Shown here: positions 49,591 through 62,342 of the stretch, piece after piece | Layout: every line of letters starts with the position of its first letter | Position numbering within the stretch: the stretch's first letter is position 1 | NCBI GenBank assembly: GCA_010909165.1 | Contig: VJWM01000172.1 | Location: 124,001 to 188,000, forward strand | Length of the DNA stretch: 64,000 nt | Direction: 5' to 3' | DNA from: Anthoceros angustus | Lineage: Eukaryota; Plantae; Anthocerotophyta | Notes under the pieces: model-generated | The model's database searches: none | Told to the model about the DNA's origin: nothing | What the model saw: only the letters and a program-made list of their open reading frames with translations | Position numbers and translations under genes: made by a program

Positions 49591-50694
49591 ATCTGTGCAT
49601 GAAGCTGGGCGACCCAGCATGCGAATACGCAAGTGGCACACAAATATCTGATTCATCATCAGAGAAAGTCCATGTCACCACATGTTGTCGAGGAAGCCTG
49701 CCACGGCAATCACGCTTTGAGCGTTCTTCCTTCTTTCAGGCTGTCACACTTTGCATATACTAGTTGCTGCTGGGTGTGCGTTGGGTGGAGGTTGATTGGT
49801 TGGAGGTTTGTGTGTTGTTGCTCAGATGCTGGATGTGTGCTTGATGATGTGCAGGGGTGGGGTTGCAACGGTCTGAGGCAGGGGATGTGCATGATCCTTG
49901 AGTCCAATGCTGTGTTGGGTATTAACGATGGCTGCACTCGTGGGCTGGGAGCAGGGGTGTGTGCTCGTAGCCCTCCTCGGCAGGAGAATGGCTGCCGAGA
50001 GCATGCTGGTGCAGCAGGGAAGGTGATGAAGATGGAGGAGCAGGTGCTGGGGTTAGGGCAACGGACGGACGTCCATGGTTGCACTGAATGAATGTGGCAA
50101 TGCTGCAGTATGTGTGCTCGGGCTTGAGACCTGAGAGAGCTGCTGGGGCCCTGTGATGAGATGGGCTCGAGGATGGTGTGCTCATCTGTTGTCGGAGAAG
50201 AACCTTGTGCTTTCATAACAGCAGATAAGGATAAGGTGCCTGTCTGATTTGATAAGGGTCATGCTCGTTTTTCGATCCTCTCCTTCTCTGAAGGTGTGTG
50301 TTCTGATGGGGGATTGGCTGTAACAGGTTGCCGCCTCGAACAGAGAGTCAGAGTGAAGTGGAAGGACACACAGTTCCTGGTGGTAGTGTGAGATGGCGTG
50401 CTAGAGGTAGAGGCAGAAGATGTTTGGTCCTTCATATCTATTTCGACAACCATTTTCCTGGAGGATGGTCCGTAAGGAAATAGATGCGATTGGGTCTTGC
50501 TCAACTAGCCATGTTTGGCAAATCGTGGAGACTTATTGCTTGCTTATGAGACAAGCCTCTTGTTGTCAGTGACTGTTGTCCAGTTGGATGAATAGACTTC
50601 GTTTCTCAATTGGTTTTATTTGGCAAATTTGTGCACATTGTTTGTCCATAGGTCAAAGTTCACATCCAAATAGTCAAAAAGCTTGCATCGAAAT

Positions 50695-51479
50695 CTATGA
50701 ATTATCCAAATCTATCACTAAGTGATAGCCTAGAGAGTCAGCTATGCAAACTATTGCCGAACCTTGAGCAAATGTTAATGGAAACCTGGATATCTTCCAT
50801 GCTCCATTCTGCCTTTCAAGTTGCGAAAGGGCACGAAATTTATCGTCGTGAACATGGGCAGAAAGGATTTTGTACATATCACGATGGCTCTAACTTGGTC
50901 ATCAATGGATTGCCAACCTGCGGAGGTCTTGATACACTGAAACAACTTAGGATCTGCGGATAGAAAATATCGCCACCAACTGGCTCTGGTACCTCTATCC
51001 TTGGTGTCTCCATACTTCACCTTCAGTGCTCTTCAAAGAGCTCGAAAACGCCTCTCATGTTGTTGACGCTTTTTGCCGCTAAGAGATCGAATTCGAGATC
51101 CCGAATCCTTCGTTCACAGAGAAATAGCCAGCTCCTTAGCCCTCGAAGCTTCAATGGCCTGCTGCAAGGCTTGCTCCCTAGCCATCGAGGCTTGCTCCTA
51201 GCCCTCGAGACCTCCTCCTAGCCCTCGAGACCTCCTCCCTAGCCCTCGAGACCTGGATGGTTTCTTCATGCAGCGTCTTGACTGAATCAATGAGCATCTG
51301 TTGCCTCTCGGCGTCCTTCTCTGTCCTCAGCAGGGTCAACAAAGGGTCCATATTGGAAGCTCTAACACTGAAAGCCTTGACATGCCTATCCAGGCCCGAG
51401 CATAAGGTCTTCTTGGCATACTCAAGCCCATGAGTGATCCAGAAGCAGAGCTGCTGATCGGCACCAGCAATGCCGCCAT
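50695..51479 (-). pseudogene. Coiled-coil gene copy with 1-bp indels
   Basis: Full length; no KEQAIEA expansion. Confidence 0.7.
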
Positions 51480-51562
51480 AGATAAAAGACGCCCGCAATC
51501 CTCAACCAGCAAAGGCTTCCCGATTCTCCACTACCTCTCACCCGCGAGCTGAAGAGCAAGCC

Positions 51563-51722
51563 CTCCCTCCAATTCGTCTCTCAAACAGGGCGCAGCCAGG
51601 ACAGCTCCCTCCAATTCGTCTCTCAAACAGGGCGCAAGAAGGACAGCTCCCTCCAATTCGTCTCTCAAACAGGGCGCAGCCAAGGACAGCTCCTCCAATT
51701 CGTCTCTCAAATAGGGCGCAGG
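51563..51722. repeat. 42-bp VNTR, 4 units
   Basis: Same unit. Confidence 0.88.
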
Positions 51723-52097
51723 CAAAGACAGGTAGCCCAGCCCAGCTCGGCGAAGCAGACAGCGGCTCCTTTCCCTCAGCACAGCGGCAGACAGTGGGCA
51801 GAAGGAGGCGGCAAGCTCCCAAGATGCGAGAGCAGCACGGGACTCAAATTCCCTTCCGCACCGAATTCAGCGGAGCTGTATATGGAAACGGAAGACAGCG
51901 GCGGGAGGAACAGCGCCAGGGCAGGGCAGGGTCAGCAGGGAGGCGTTGCTGCGTCTGCTGAGCAAGGAATCTGTTGAGGCCTTCTGCTGGCCCTGTCGCT
52001 ATGTCTCGGGCTCCTCTGATGAGTGGCAACAGCTTGTGTGTTTTGCGTGCGCGTGGCAAGAAGTGTCTCTCGGGGTGAAGACGTCCTACGCCACGGG

Positions 52098-54020
52098 AAG
52101 CCCTGTACATGTGTATGCGAGAAGTCGTGAAGTGGAAGATGCATGCCAGGTTTTCATTCTGTGAGATTCGGTAGTGATGGAGTAGTTAGTGGTAGGAGCT
52201 GCCTGGGTTCAATCCATCCTAGCCATTCTGTGAGTACTGCCAGTCGAGCATGACGCGCTTGTTGTGTATGAACAACTGGCTTGCTGGGATGTGTTTGTCA
52301 GCAACTAGTTGGCTTGTGGACATAACTGTACATGGAAAATGTGGGAGTTTGAAGGATGCCCGGTGAGTGTTAGCACAGCACAGCCACCTGCGCCATGCCA
52401 TGGAATGCCCTGATATCTGTGTATGCGAAATGACGTGAACCTGAGGGCTTGAGGCAGGACCGGAAATGGGAGTCGTGACGGCTGCAAATTGAGTAAGTTC
52501 ACCTTTTGTAGCTGGCCTCTGAGTGCGTGCACTTGCTGCGGATTTGTCAGGGTTGGGTTTTCTGGACAGCGTGGCCATGAAAGGATGAGTGGACATGGGC
52601 TGCCGTTCTTGGACAGGCTCTTTATTTGAAATGGTCTGATGGACTGAAGGATGGTCTGCATTGAAGCTGATGGCATTCTGTTGCCGATCTGCTGATCAAT
52701 TCGTGGTAGGCGGACGAGTTTGGGATGAGTGGATCTGGATAGCTGTGTGTGGGGGCTGTGTCTTGATGGTGGCTTGTGGGTATGCCAACCTCGTGTGTGC
52801 AGGATTGGGAATGGCCTCCGTGACTGCTGGAACTCTGTGAGCCTGTTATGTCAGGAGAGGAAGCCCTCTGTTACGTCCTTTTGGCTGACCCTGTTACTTT
52901 TGCTTAGATTGTATTGGGCGTCGTGATGGCTGGGATTGTAGAATGTTATGTCGGCAGGATGCTTTCTGAGGCCGTTGGAGCTGCCCTGGATTCTATGGCG
53001 CAGGTAGACCTTGCTGTTTCACAGCCTCTGGTTCATAATGCGCACGAAAGTGTCCGTCTGTAAGAAGGATTCATTTGTGGAGCGACGAGTACATTGATCT
53101 CAGTGTCCATTTGGGGTGCGAGTGGAATATTCCATCTGGAATGCTATGAGAGCTGGGTATGCCGAGCACGGGCTTGCTCGAATATGAAGCGCTAGTTGTG
53201 TGTGAACGACTGGAGCCGGAGGGCCTCATTTTCGCTGACCATGTTACTTTGCTGTGCTTGAAAAAGGCTGGTGCACAGCACTGGTGCCTTTCAGAAGAGC
53301 ATGGAGGTGCACACGCTGATTGCCCAAACACTGACTGCAGGGTATCAAAGGTGGGCAGCTGCCTGCGGATATGTATGCCCAAGCAAAATGTTGCAAACTG
53401 AAGGATGCATGCCAGTTTTTCACATCATGGCCACAAATGATGTGGTGACATGGAATGTCGTGATAGCGGGTTATGCAAAATGTGATGAACTGAGAGAGGC
53501 ACGCCAGGTTTTTGACAGCATGAACTCGAAGAATGAGGTGACATGGAATGCCTGATAGCTGGGTACGCTGGGTACGCTGGACAAGGGCTCGGACAGGAGT
53601 ACCTTGTTCTGGAGGGGAGGTCTGATCCTAGATGCTCATGCCTTTTCACTTGCCTCCTGAAGGCTAGTGCAAGTACTGGGGCCTTAAAGAAGGATAGGCA
53701 GCTGCACTCACTGGTTGACGAAAGAGGACTGCTGGGTAACGTGGTGTTGGGCAGATGGACGAAGAATTTCAATTGCCGTACCAACCTGCGGCAGAGGTAA
53801 CAACCCATCCGCCTGCGACAGCATGACTCGGCACATCAGCAGAGCGAGGCTCCTCGTCAGCGGGACTTTTGGGAGGTCTGGCTCAGTGCCATACAACCGG
53901 AAATTCCAACAGAGAAATCCCGGAAATTTCCCACACAAACCCAACCCTGACAATGCTGTCAGCAGCTAGGTGCAAGCACACCATGATCTCACCTTGAAGC
54001 CCCAGGCTGGGCGTCCAATC
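52098..54020 (+). pseudogene. PLS-PPR pseudogene
   Basis: Same motifs. Confidence 0.85.
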
Positions 54021-55121
54021 TGTGCATGAAGCTGGGCGACCCAGCATGCGAATACGCAAGTGGCACACAAATATCTGATTCATCATCAGAGAAAGTCCAT
54101 GTCACCACATGTTGTCGAGGAAGCCTGCCACGGCAATCACGCTTTGAGCGTTCTTCCTTCTTTCAGGCTGTCACACTTTGCATATACTAGTTGCTGCTGG
54201 GTGTGCGTTGGGTGGAGGTTGATTGGTTGGAGGTTTGTGTGTTGTTGCTCAGATGCTGGATGTGTGTGATGATGTGCAGGGGTGGGGTTGCAACGGTCTG
54301 AGGCAGGGGATGTGCATGATCCTTGAGTCAATGCTGTGTTGGGTATTAACGATGGCTGCACTCGTGGGCTGGGAGCAGGGAGTGTGTGCTCGTTGTAGCC
54401 CTCCTCGGCAGGAGAATGGCTGCCGAGAGCATGCTGTGCAGCAGGGAAGGTGATGAAGATGGAGGAGCAGGTGCTGGGGTTAGGGCAACGGACGGACGTC
54501 CATGGTTGCACTGAATGAATGTGGCAATGCTGCAGTATGTGTGCTCAGGCTTGAGACCTGAGAGAGAGCTGCTGGGGCCCTGTGATGAGATGGGCTCGAG
54601 GATGGTGTGCTCATCTGTTGTCGGAGAAGAACCTTGTGCTTTCATAACAGCAGATAAGGATAAGGTGCCTGTCTGATTTGATAAGGGTCATGCTCATATC
54701 GATCTCTCCTTCTCTGAAGGTGTGTGTTCTGATGGGGATTGGCTGTAACAGGTTGCCGCCTCGAACAGAGAGAGTCAGAGTGAAGTGGAAGGACACAGTT
54801 CCTGGTGGTAGTGTGAGATGGCGTGCTAGAGGTAGAGGCAGAAGATGTTTGGTCCTTCATATCTATTTCGACAACCATTTTCCTGGAGGGATGGTCCGTA
54901 AGGAAATAGATGTGATTGGTTGGGTCTTGCTCAACTAGCCATGTTTGGCAAATCGTGGAGACTTATTGCTTGCTTATGAGACAAGCCTCTTGTTGTCAGT
55001 GACTGTCATCGGTTGGATGAATAGACTTCGTTCTCAATTGGTTTTATTTGGCAAATTTGTGCACATTGTTTGTCCATAGGTCAAAGTTCACATCCAAATA
55101 GTCAAAAGCTTGCATCGAAAT

Positions 55122-55699
55122 CTATGAATTATCCAAATCTATCACTAAGTGATAGCCTAGAGAGTCAACTATGCAAACTATTGCCGAACCTTGAGCAAAT
55201 GTTAATGGAAACCTGGATATCTTCCATGCTCCATTCTGCCTTTGATGTTGCGAAAGGGCACGAAATTTATCGTCGTGAACATGGGCAGAAAGGATTTTGT
55301 ACATATCTACGATGGCTCTAACTTGGTCATCAATGGATTGCCAACCTGCGGAGGTCTTGATACACTGAAACAACTTAGCATCTGCGGAGAAAATATTGCC
55401 ACCAACTAGCTCTGGTACTTCTATCCTTGGTGTCTCCATACTTCACCTTCAAGTGCTCTTCAAAGAGCTCGAAAACGCCTCTCATGTTGTTGACGCTTTT
55501 TGCCGCTAAGAGATCGAATTCGAGATCCCGAATTCTTCGTTCACAGAGAGAAATAGCCAGCTCCCAGCCCTCCTTCAATGGCTGCTCCTTAGCTTCAATG
55601 GCCTGCTCCTTAGCTTCAATGGCCTGCTCCTTAGCTTCAATGGCCTGCTGCAAGGCTTGCTCCTAGCCATCGAGGCTTGCTCCCTAGCCCTTGCCTCCT
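55122..55699 (-). pseudogene. Coiled-coil gene 3' part, truncated by a 2.04-kb duplication junction
   Basis: Joins the PPR 3' region through CTTGCCTCCT at 55690-55699. Confidence 0.8.
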
Positions 55700-56060
55700 G
55701 AAGGCTAGTGCAAGTACTGGGGCCTTAAAGAAGGATAGGCAGCTGCACTCACTGGTTGACGAAGAGGACTGCTGGGTAACGTGGTGTTGGGCAGATGGAC
55801 GAAGAATTTCAATTTGCCGTACCAACCTGCGGCAGAGGTAACAACCCATCCGCCTGCGACAGCATGACTCGGCACATCAGCAGGCAGGCTCCTCGTCAGC
55901 GGGACTTTTGGGAGGTCTGGCTCCAGTGCCATACAACCGGAAATTCCAACAGAGAAATCCCGGAAATTTCCCACACAAACCCAACCTGACAATGCTGTCA
56001 GCAGCTAGGTGCAAGCACACCATGATCTCACCTTGAAGCCCCAGGCTGGGCGTCCAATCT
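55700..56060 (+). pseudogene. PPR 3' fragment
   Basis: Copy of 53659 onward. Confidence 0.75.
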
Positions 56061-57143
56061 GTGCATGAAGCTGGGCGACCCAGCATGCGAATACGCAAGT
56101 GGCACAAATATCTGATTCATCATCAGAAAGTCCATGTCACCACATGTTGTCGAGGAAGCCTGCCACGGCAATCACGCTTTGAGCGTTCTTCCTTCTTTCA
56201 GGCTGTCACACTTTGCATATACTAGTTGCTGGGTGTGCGTTGGGTGGAGGTTGATTGGTTGGAGGTTTGTGTGTTGTTGCTCAGATGCTGGATGTGTGCT
56301 TGATGATGTGCAGGGTTGCAACGGTCTGAGGCAGGGGATGTGCATGATCCTTGAGTCAATGCTGTGTTGGGTATTAACGATGGCTGCACTCGTGGGCTGG
56401 GAGCAGGGAGTGTGTGCTTGTGTAGCCCTCGGCAGGAGAATGGCTGCCGAGAGCATGCTGGTGCAGCAGGAAGGTGATGAAGATGGAGGAGCAGGTGCTG
56501 GGGTTAGGGCAACGGACGGACGTCCATGGTTGCACTGAATGAATGTGGCAATGCTGCAGTATGTGTGCTCAGGCTTGAGACCTGAGAGAGAGCTGCTGGG
56601 GCCCTGTGATGAGATGGGCTCGAGGATGGTGTGCTCATCTGTTGTCGGAGAAGAACCTTGTGCTTTCATAACAGCAGATAAGGATAAGGTGCCTGTCTGA
56701 TTTGATAAGGTCATGCTCGTTTTCGATCCTCTCCTTCTCTGAAGGTGTGTGTTCTGATGGGGATTGGCTGTAACAGGTTGCCTCGAACAGAGAGAGTCAG
56801 AGTGAAGTGGAAGGACACAGTTCCTGGTGGTAGTGTGAGATGGCGTGCTAGAGGTAGAGGCAGAAGATGTTTGGTCCTTCATATCTATTTCGACAACCAT
56901 TTTCCTGGAGGATGGTCCGTAAGGAAATAGATGTGATTGGTTGGTCTTGCTCAACTAGCCATGTTTGGCAAATCGTGGAGACTTATTGCTTGCTTATGAG
57001 ACAAGCCTCTTGTTGTCAGTGACTGTCATCCGGTTGGATGAATAGACTTCGTTTCTCAATTGGTTTTATTTGGCAAATTTGTGCACATTGTTTGTCCATA
57101 GGTCAAAGTTCACATCCAAATAGTCAAAAGCTTGCATCGAAAT

Positions 57144-57974
57144 CTATGAATTATCCAAATCTATCACTAAGTGATAGCCTAGAGTCAGCTATGCAAACTA
57201 TTGCCGAACCTTGAGCAAATGTTAATGGAAACCTGGATATCTTCCATGCTCCATTCTGCCTTTGATGTTGCGAAAGGGCACGAAATTTATCGTGAACATG
57301 GGCAGAAAGGATTTTGTACATATCCACGATGGCTCTAACTTGGTCATCAATGGATTGCCAACCTGCGGAGGTCTTGATACACTGAAACAACTTAGCATCT
57401 GCAGATAGAAAATTGCCACCAACTAGCTCTGGTACTTCTATCCTTGGTGTCTCCATACTTCACCTTCAAGTGCTCTTCAAAGAGCTCGAAAACGCCTCTC
57501 ATGTTGTTGACGCTTTTTGCCGCTAAGAGATCGAATTCGAGATCCCGAATTCTTCGTTCACAGAGAGAAATAGCCAGCTCCCAGCCCTCCTTCAATGGCT
57601 GCTCCTTAGCTTCAATGGCCTGCTCCTTAGCTTCAATGGCCTGCTCCTTAGCTTCAATGGCCTGCTGCAAGGCTTGCTCCTAGCCATCGAGGCTTGCTCC
57701 CTAGCCCTTGCCTCCTAGCCCTCGAGACCTCCTCCCTAGCCCTCGAGACCTGGATGGTTTCTTCATGCAGCGTCTTGACTGAATCAATGAGCATCTGTTG
57801 CCTCTCGGCGTCCTTCTCTGTCCTCAACAGGGTCAACAAAGGTCCATATTGGAAGCTCTAACACTGAAAGCCTTGACATGCCTATCCAGCCCGAGCATAA
57901 GGTCTTCTTGGCATACTCAAGCCCATGAGTGATCCAGAAGCAGAGCCGCTAATCGGCACCAGCAATGCCGCCAT
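57144..57974 (-). pseudogene. Coiled-coil gene copy with small indels
   Basis: Full length; shares the KEQPLKEGWELA variant with the 55122 copy. Confidence 0.7.
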
Positions 57975-58069
57975 AGATAAAAGACGCCCGCAATCCTCAA
58001 CCAGCAAAGGCTTCCTGATTCTCCACTACCTCTCACCCGCGAGCTGAAGAGCAAAGCCCTCCCTCCAAT

Positions 58070-58300
58070 TCGTCTCTCAAACAGGGCGCAGCCAAGGACA
58101 GCTCCTCCAATTCGTCTCTCAAACAGGGGCAGCCAAGGACAGCTCCCTCCAATTCGTCTCTCAAACAGGGCGCAGCCAGGACAGCTCCCTCCAATTCGTC
58201 TCTCAAACAGGGCGCAGCCAAGGACAGCTCCCTCCAATTCGTCTCTCAAACAGGGCGCAGCCAAGGACAGCTCCTCAATTCGTCTCTCAAATAGGGCGCA
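58070..58300. repeat. 42-bp VNTR, 6 units
   Basis: Five full units plus one terminal unit. Confidence 0.9.
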
Positions 58301-58679
58301 GGCAAGACAGGTAGCCCAGCCCAGCTCGGCAGAAGCAGACAGCGGCTCCTTTCCCTCAGCACAGCGGCAGACAGTGGGCAGAAGGAGGCGGCAAGCTCCC
58401 AAGATGCGAGAGCAGCACGGGGACTCAAATTCCCTTCCGCACTGAATTCAGCGGAGCTGTATGTAGAGCGGAAGACAGCGGGCAGGAGGGAACAGCGCCA
58501 GGGGCCAGGGCAGGGTCAGCAGGGAGGCGTTGCTGCGTCTGCTGAGCAAGGAATCTGTTGAGGCCTTCTGCTGGCCCTGTCGCTATGTCTCAGGCTCCTC
58601 TGATGAGTGGCAACAGCTTGTGTTTTGCGTGCGCGTGGCAAGAAGTGTCTCTCAGGGTGAAGACGTCCTACGCCACGGA

Positions 58680-60650
58680 AAGCCCTGTACATGTGTATGC
58701 GAAGTCGTGAAGTGGAAGATGCATGCCAGGTTTTCATTCTGTGAGATTCGGTAGTGATGGAGTAGTTAGTGGTAGGAGCTGCCTGGGTTCAATCCATCCT
58801 AGCCATTCTGTGAGATTCGATGGAGTAGTTAGTGGTACTGCCTGGGTTCAATCCATCCTAGCCATTCTGTACTGCCAGTCGAGCATGACGCGCTTGTTGT
58901 GTATGAACAACTGGCTTGCCGGGGATGTGTTTGTCAGCAACTAGTTGGCTTGTGGACATACTGTACATGGAAAATGTGGGAGTTTGAAGGATGCCCGGTG
59001 AGTGTTAGCACAGCACGGCCACCTGCGCCATGCCATGGAATGCCCTGATATCTGTGTATGCGAAATGACGTGAACCTGAGGGCTTGAGGCAGGACCGGAA
59101 ATGGGAGTCGTGACGGCTGCAAATTGAGTAAGTTCACCTTTTGTAGCTGGCCTCTGAGTGCGTGCACTTGCTGCGGATTTGTCAGGGTTGGGTTTTCTGG
59201 ACAGCGTGGCCATGAAAGGATGAGTGGACATGGGCTGCCGTTCTTGGACAGGCTCTTTATTTGAAATGGTCTGATGTACTGAAGGATGGTCTGCATTGAA
59301 GCTGATGGCATTCTGTTGCCGATCTGCTGATCCATTCGTGGTAGGCGGACGAGTTTGGGATGAGTGGATCTGGATAGCTGTGTGTGTGGGGGCTGTGTCT
59401 TGATGGTGGCTTGTGGGTATGCCAACCTCGTGTGTGCAGGATTGGGAATGGCCTCCGTGACTGCTGGAACTCTGTGAGCCTGTTATGTCAGGAGAGGAAG
59501 CCCTCTGTTACGTCCTTTGGCTGACCCTGTTACTTTGCTTAGATTGTATTGGGCGTCGTGATGGCTGGGATTGTAGAATGTTATGTCGGCAGGGGATGCT
59601 TTCTGAGGCCGTTGGAGCTGCCCTGGATTCTATGGCGCAGATAGACCTTGCTGTTTCACAGCCTCTGGTTCATAATGCGCACGAAAGTGTCCGTCTGTAA
59701 GAAGGATTCATTTGTGGAGCGACGAGTACATTGATCTCAGTGTCCATTTGGGGTGCAGTGGAATATTCCATCTGGAATGCTATGAGAGCTGGGTATGCCG
59801 AGCACGGGCTTGCTCGAACATGAAGCGCTAGTTGTGTGTGGACGACTGGAGCCGGAGGGCCTCATTTTCGCTGACCATGTTACTTTGCTGTGCTTGAAAA
59901 GGCTGGTGCACAGCACTGGTGCCTTTGAGAAGAGCATGGAGGTGCACACGCTGATTGCCCAAACACTGACTGCAGGGTATCAAAGGTGGGCAGCTGCCTG
60001 CGGATATGTGTGCCCAAGCAAAATGTTGCAAACTGAAGGATGCATGCCAGTTTTTCACATCATGGCCACAAATGATGTGGTGACATGGAATGTCGTGATA
60101 GCGGGTTATGCAAAATGTGATGAACTGAGAGAGGCACGCCAGGTTTTGACAGCATGAACTCGAAGAATGAGGTGACATGGAATGCCTGATAGCTGGGTAC
60201 GCTGGGTACGCTGGACAAGGGCTCGGACAGGAGTACCTTGTTCTGGAGGAGGGCTGATCCTAGATGCTCATGCCTTTTCACTTGCCTCCTGAAGGCTAGT
60301 GCAAGTACTGGGGCCTTAAAGAAGGATAGGCAGCTGCACTCACTGGTTGACGAAAGAGGACTGCTGGGTAACGTGGTGTTGGGCAGATGGACGAAGAATT
60401 TCAATTTGCCGTACCAACCTGCGGCAGAGGTAACAACCCATCCGCCCCTGCGACAGCATGACTCGGCACATCAGCAGAGCGAGGCTCCTCGTCAGCGGAC
60501 TTTTGGGAGGTCTGGCTCCAGTGCCATACAACCGGAAATTCCAACAGAGAAATCCCGGAAATTTCCCCACACAAACCCAACCCTGACAATGCTGTCAGCA
60601 GCTAGGTGCAAGCACACCATGATCTCACCTTGAAGCCCCAGGCTGGGCGT
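58680..60650 (+). pseudogene. PLS-PPR pseudogene
   Basis: Same motifs. Confidence 0.85.
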
Positions 60651-61479
60651 CCAATCTGTGCATGAAGCTGGGCGACCCAGCATGCGAATACGCAAGTGGC
60701 ACACAAATATCTGATTCATCATCAGAGAAAGTCCATGTCACCACATGTTGTCGAGGAAGCCTGCCACGGCAATCACGCTTTGAGCGTTCTTCCTTCTTTC
60801 AGGCTGTCACACTTTGCATATACTAGTAGCCAACACCGTTGCCATGTACAGAAAGCGAGACGAGGAAAGGAGGAAGAAGAGTCCGTTACATATTTGGTGG
60901 GTGTCGAATTAATGCTGTGCGTGAGGATAAATAGAAGTCTGGGATTCCAAAGCAAAGGGAATCCAGGCTGAATCTCTCATTCAGCGTCACGTGCTTTCCA
61001 CAGCGGGAAAAGACCTACGTCCATCCTCGCTGTTTCAATCCAGAGGGCAAGGAAGAAAGCAGAGTACCTGTGCCAGTCAGGGTTCCCTGGCCCTCTTCAC
61101 CTGCGATTGGATTGAGAATCGAAGGGTGCTGATCCCTCGAGCCGTGCTAGCGACAGTCTGCTTGGAATTGATGTACATGGAATGGATGTGAATTGGTGGG
61201 GATCTGCAGTTGGTGGGGTTCCGGAGTTGGTGTGTAGAATCGGTCTCCATTTCGTGGGATTCTGCGGTTGGTGTGTAAAATGTGTCTGAATTCGTGGGAT
61301 TCCGATGTGGGTATTGTGAATTGGTGGGCTGGTGTTGAAGTGTTGGGTTGTTGAATTGGCCTCAATTCGTAGGATTCCGAAGTTGCGCTGAGCTTGTGAT
61401 GGAATGGGGAACGGGTCTTCCTGCATGCAAGACTGCCCACAACAGACTGGATTGGGGAGAAGGCGGTAGGACATGCAGC

Positions 61480-61903
61480 ATGAAGGAGCAACACAGCAAA
61501 ATGGGCAGAGAGGAAGGTGGGCTCCCACAACACAAGGGTTCCAATCAAGAGCCAGGGAGGCAGCAGAGGAGGTGCTGGTGGTGTGGAATTACGGCCATGA
61601 CGTGATCCAGCTCCCGCCGCTTCATCGATTTGGAGGAGGTTAGGCAGCGCACCTGCGTGATCGTGACGCGGGGCGGGATGGGAGCCGGGGTATGGAGATG
61701 GGTTCGAGTTGCTTGTGCCGCCTTTCGGTGCGGAGGAGGTGGATCCGACCGGGGCCGGGGATTCGTTGGTGGCGGGATTCTGCACCGGTTGCAGCACGGG
61801 CTGGAGGTGGGAAGGCTGTGTTGACGGGGAAGTACGGGCTCTGGCAGTGGGGCAGGTCGGGGTGCCCACCTTCTCGACGCTGCAGGTGCAGATGCAGCTT
61901 CAG
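61480..61903 (+). pseudogene. MIK: MIK deletion copy
   Basis: Same deletion junction. Confidence 0.88.
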
Positions 61904-62342
61904 GCAAGTTGGACTATGGCTTTCTTCTTTCTTGCTGCTGGGTGTGCGTTGGGTGGAGGTTGATTGGTTGGAGGGTTTGTGTGTTGTTGCTCAGATGCTG
62001 GATGTGTGCTTGATGATGTGCAGGGTGGGGTTGCAACGGTCTGAGGCAGGGGATGTGCATGATCCTTGAGTCCAATGCTGTGTTGGGTATTAACGATGGC
62101 TGCACTCGTGGGCTGGGAGCAGGGAGTGTGTGCTCGCCGTAGCCCTCCTCGGCAGGAGAATGGCTGCCGAGAGCATGCTGGTGCAGCAGGGAAGGTGATG
62201 AAGATGGAGGAGCAGGTGCTGGGGTTAGGGCAACGGACGGACGTCCATGGTTGCACTGAATGAATGTGGCAATGCTGCAGTATGTGTGCTCGGGCTTGAG
62301 ACCTGAGAGAGCTGCTGGGGCCCTGTGATGAGATGGGCTCGA

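Noticed and set aside
16872-58300. 42-bp repeat clusters as CRISPR arrays
   Set aside because: Units abut without unique spacers, there are no cas genes, and the context is eukaryotic.
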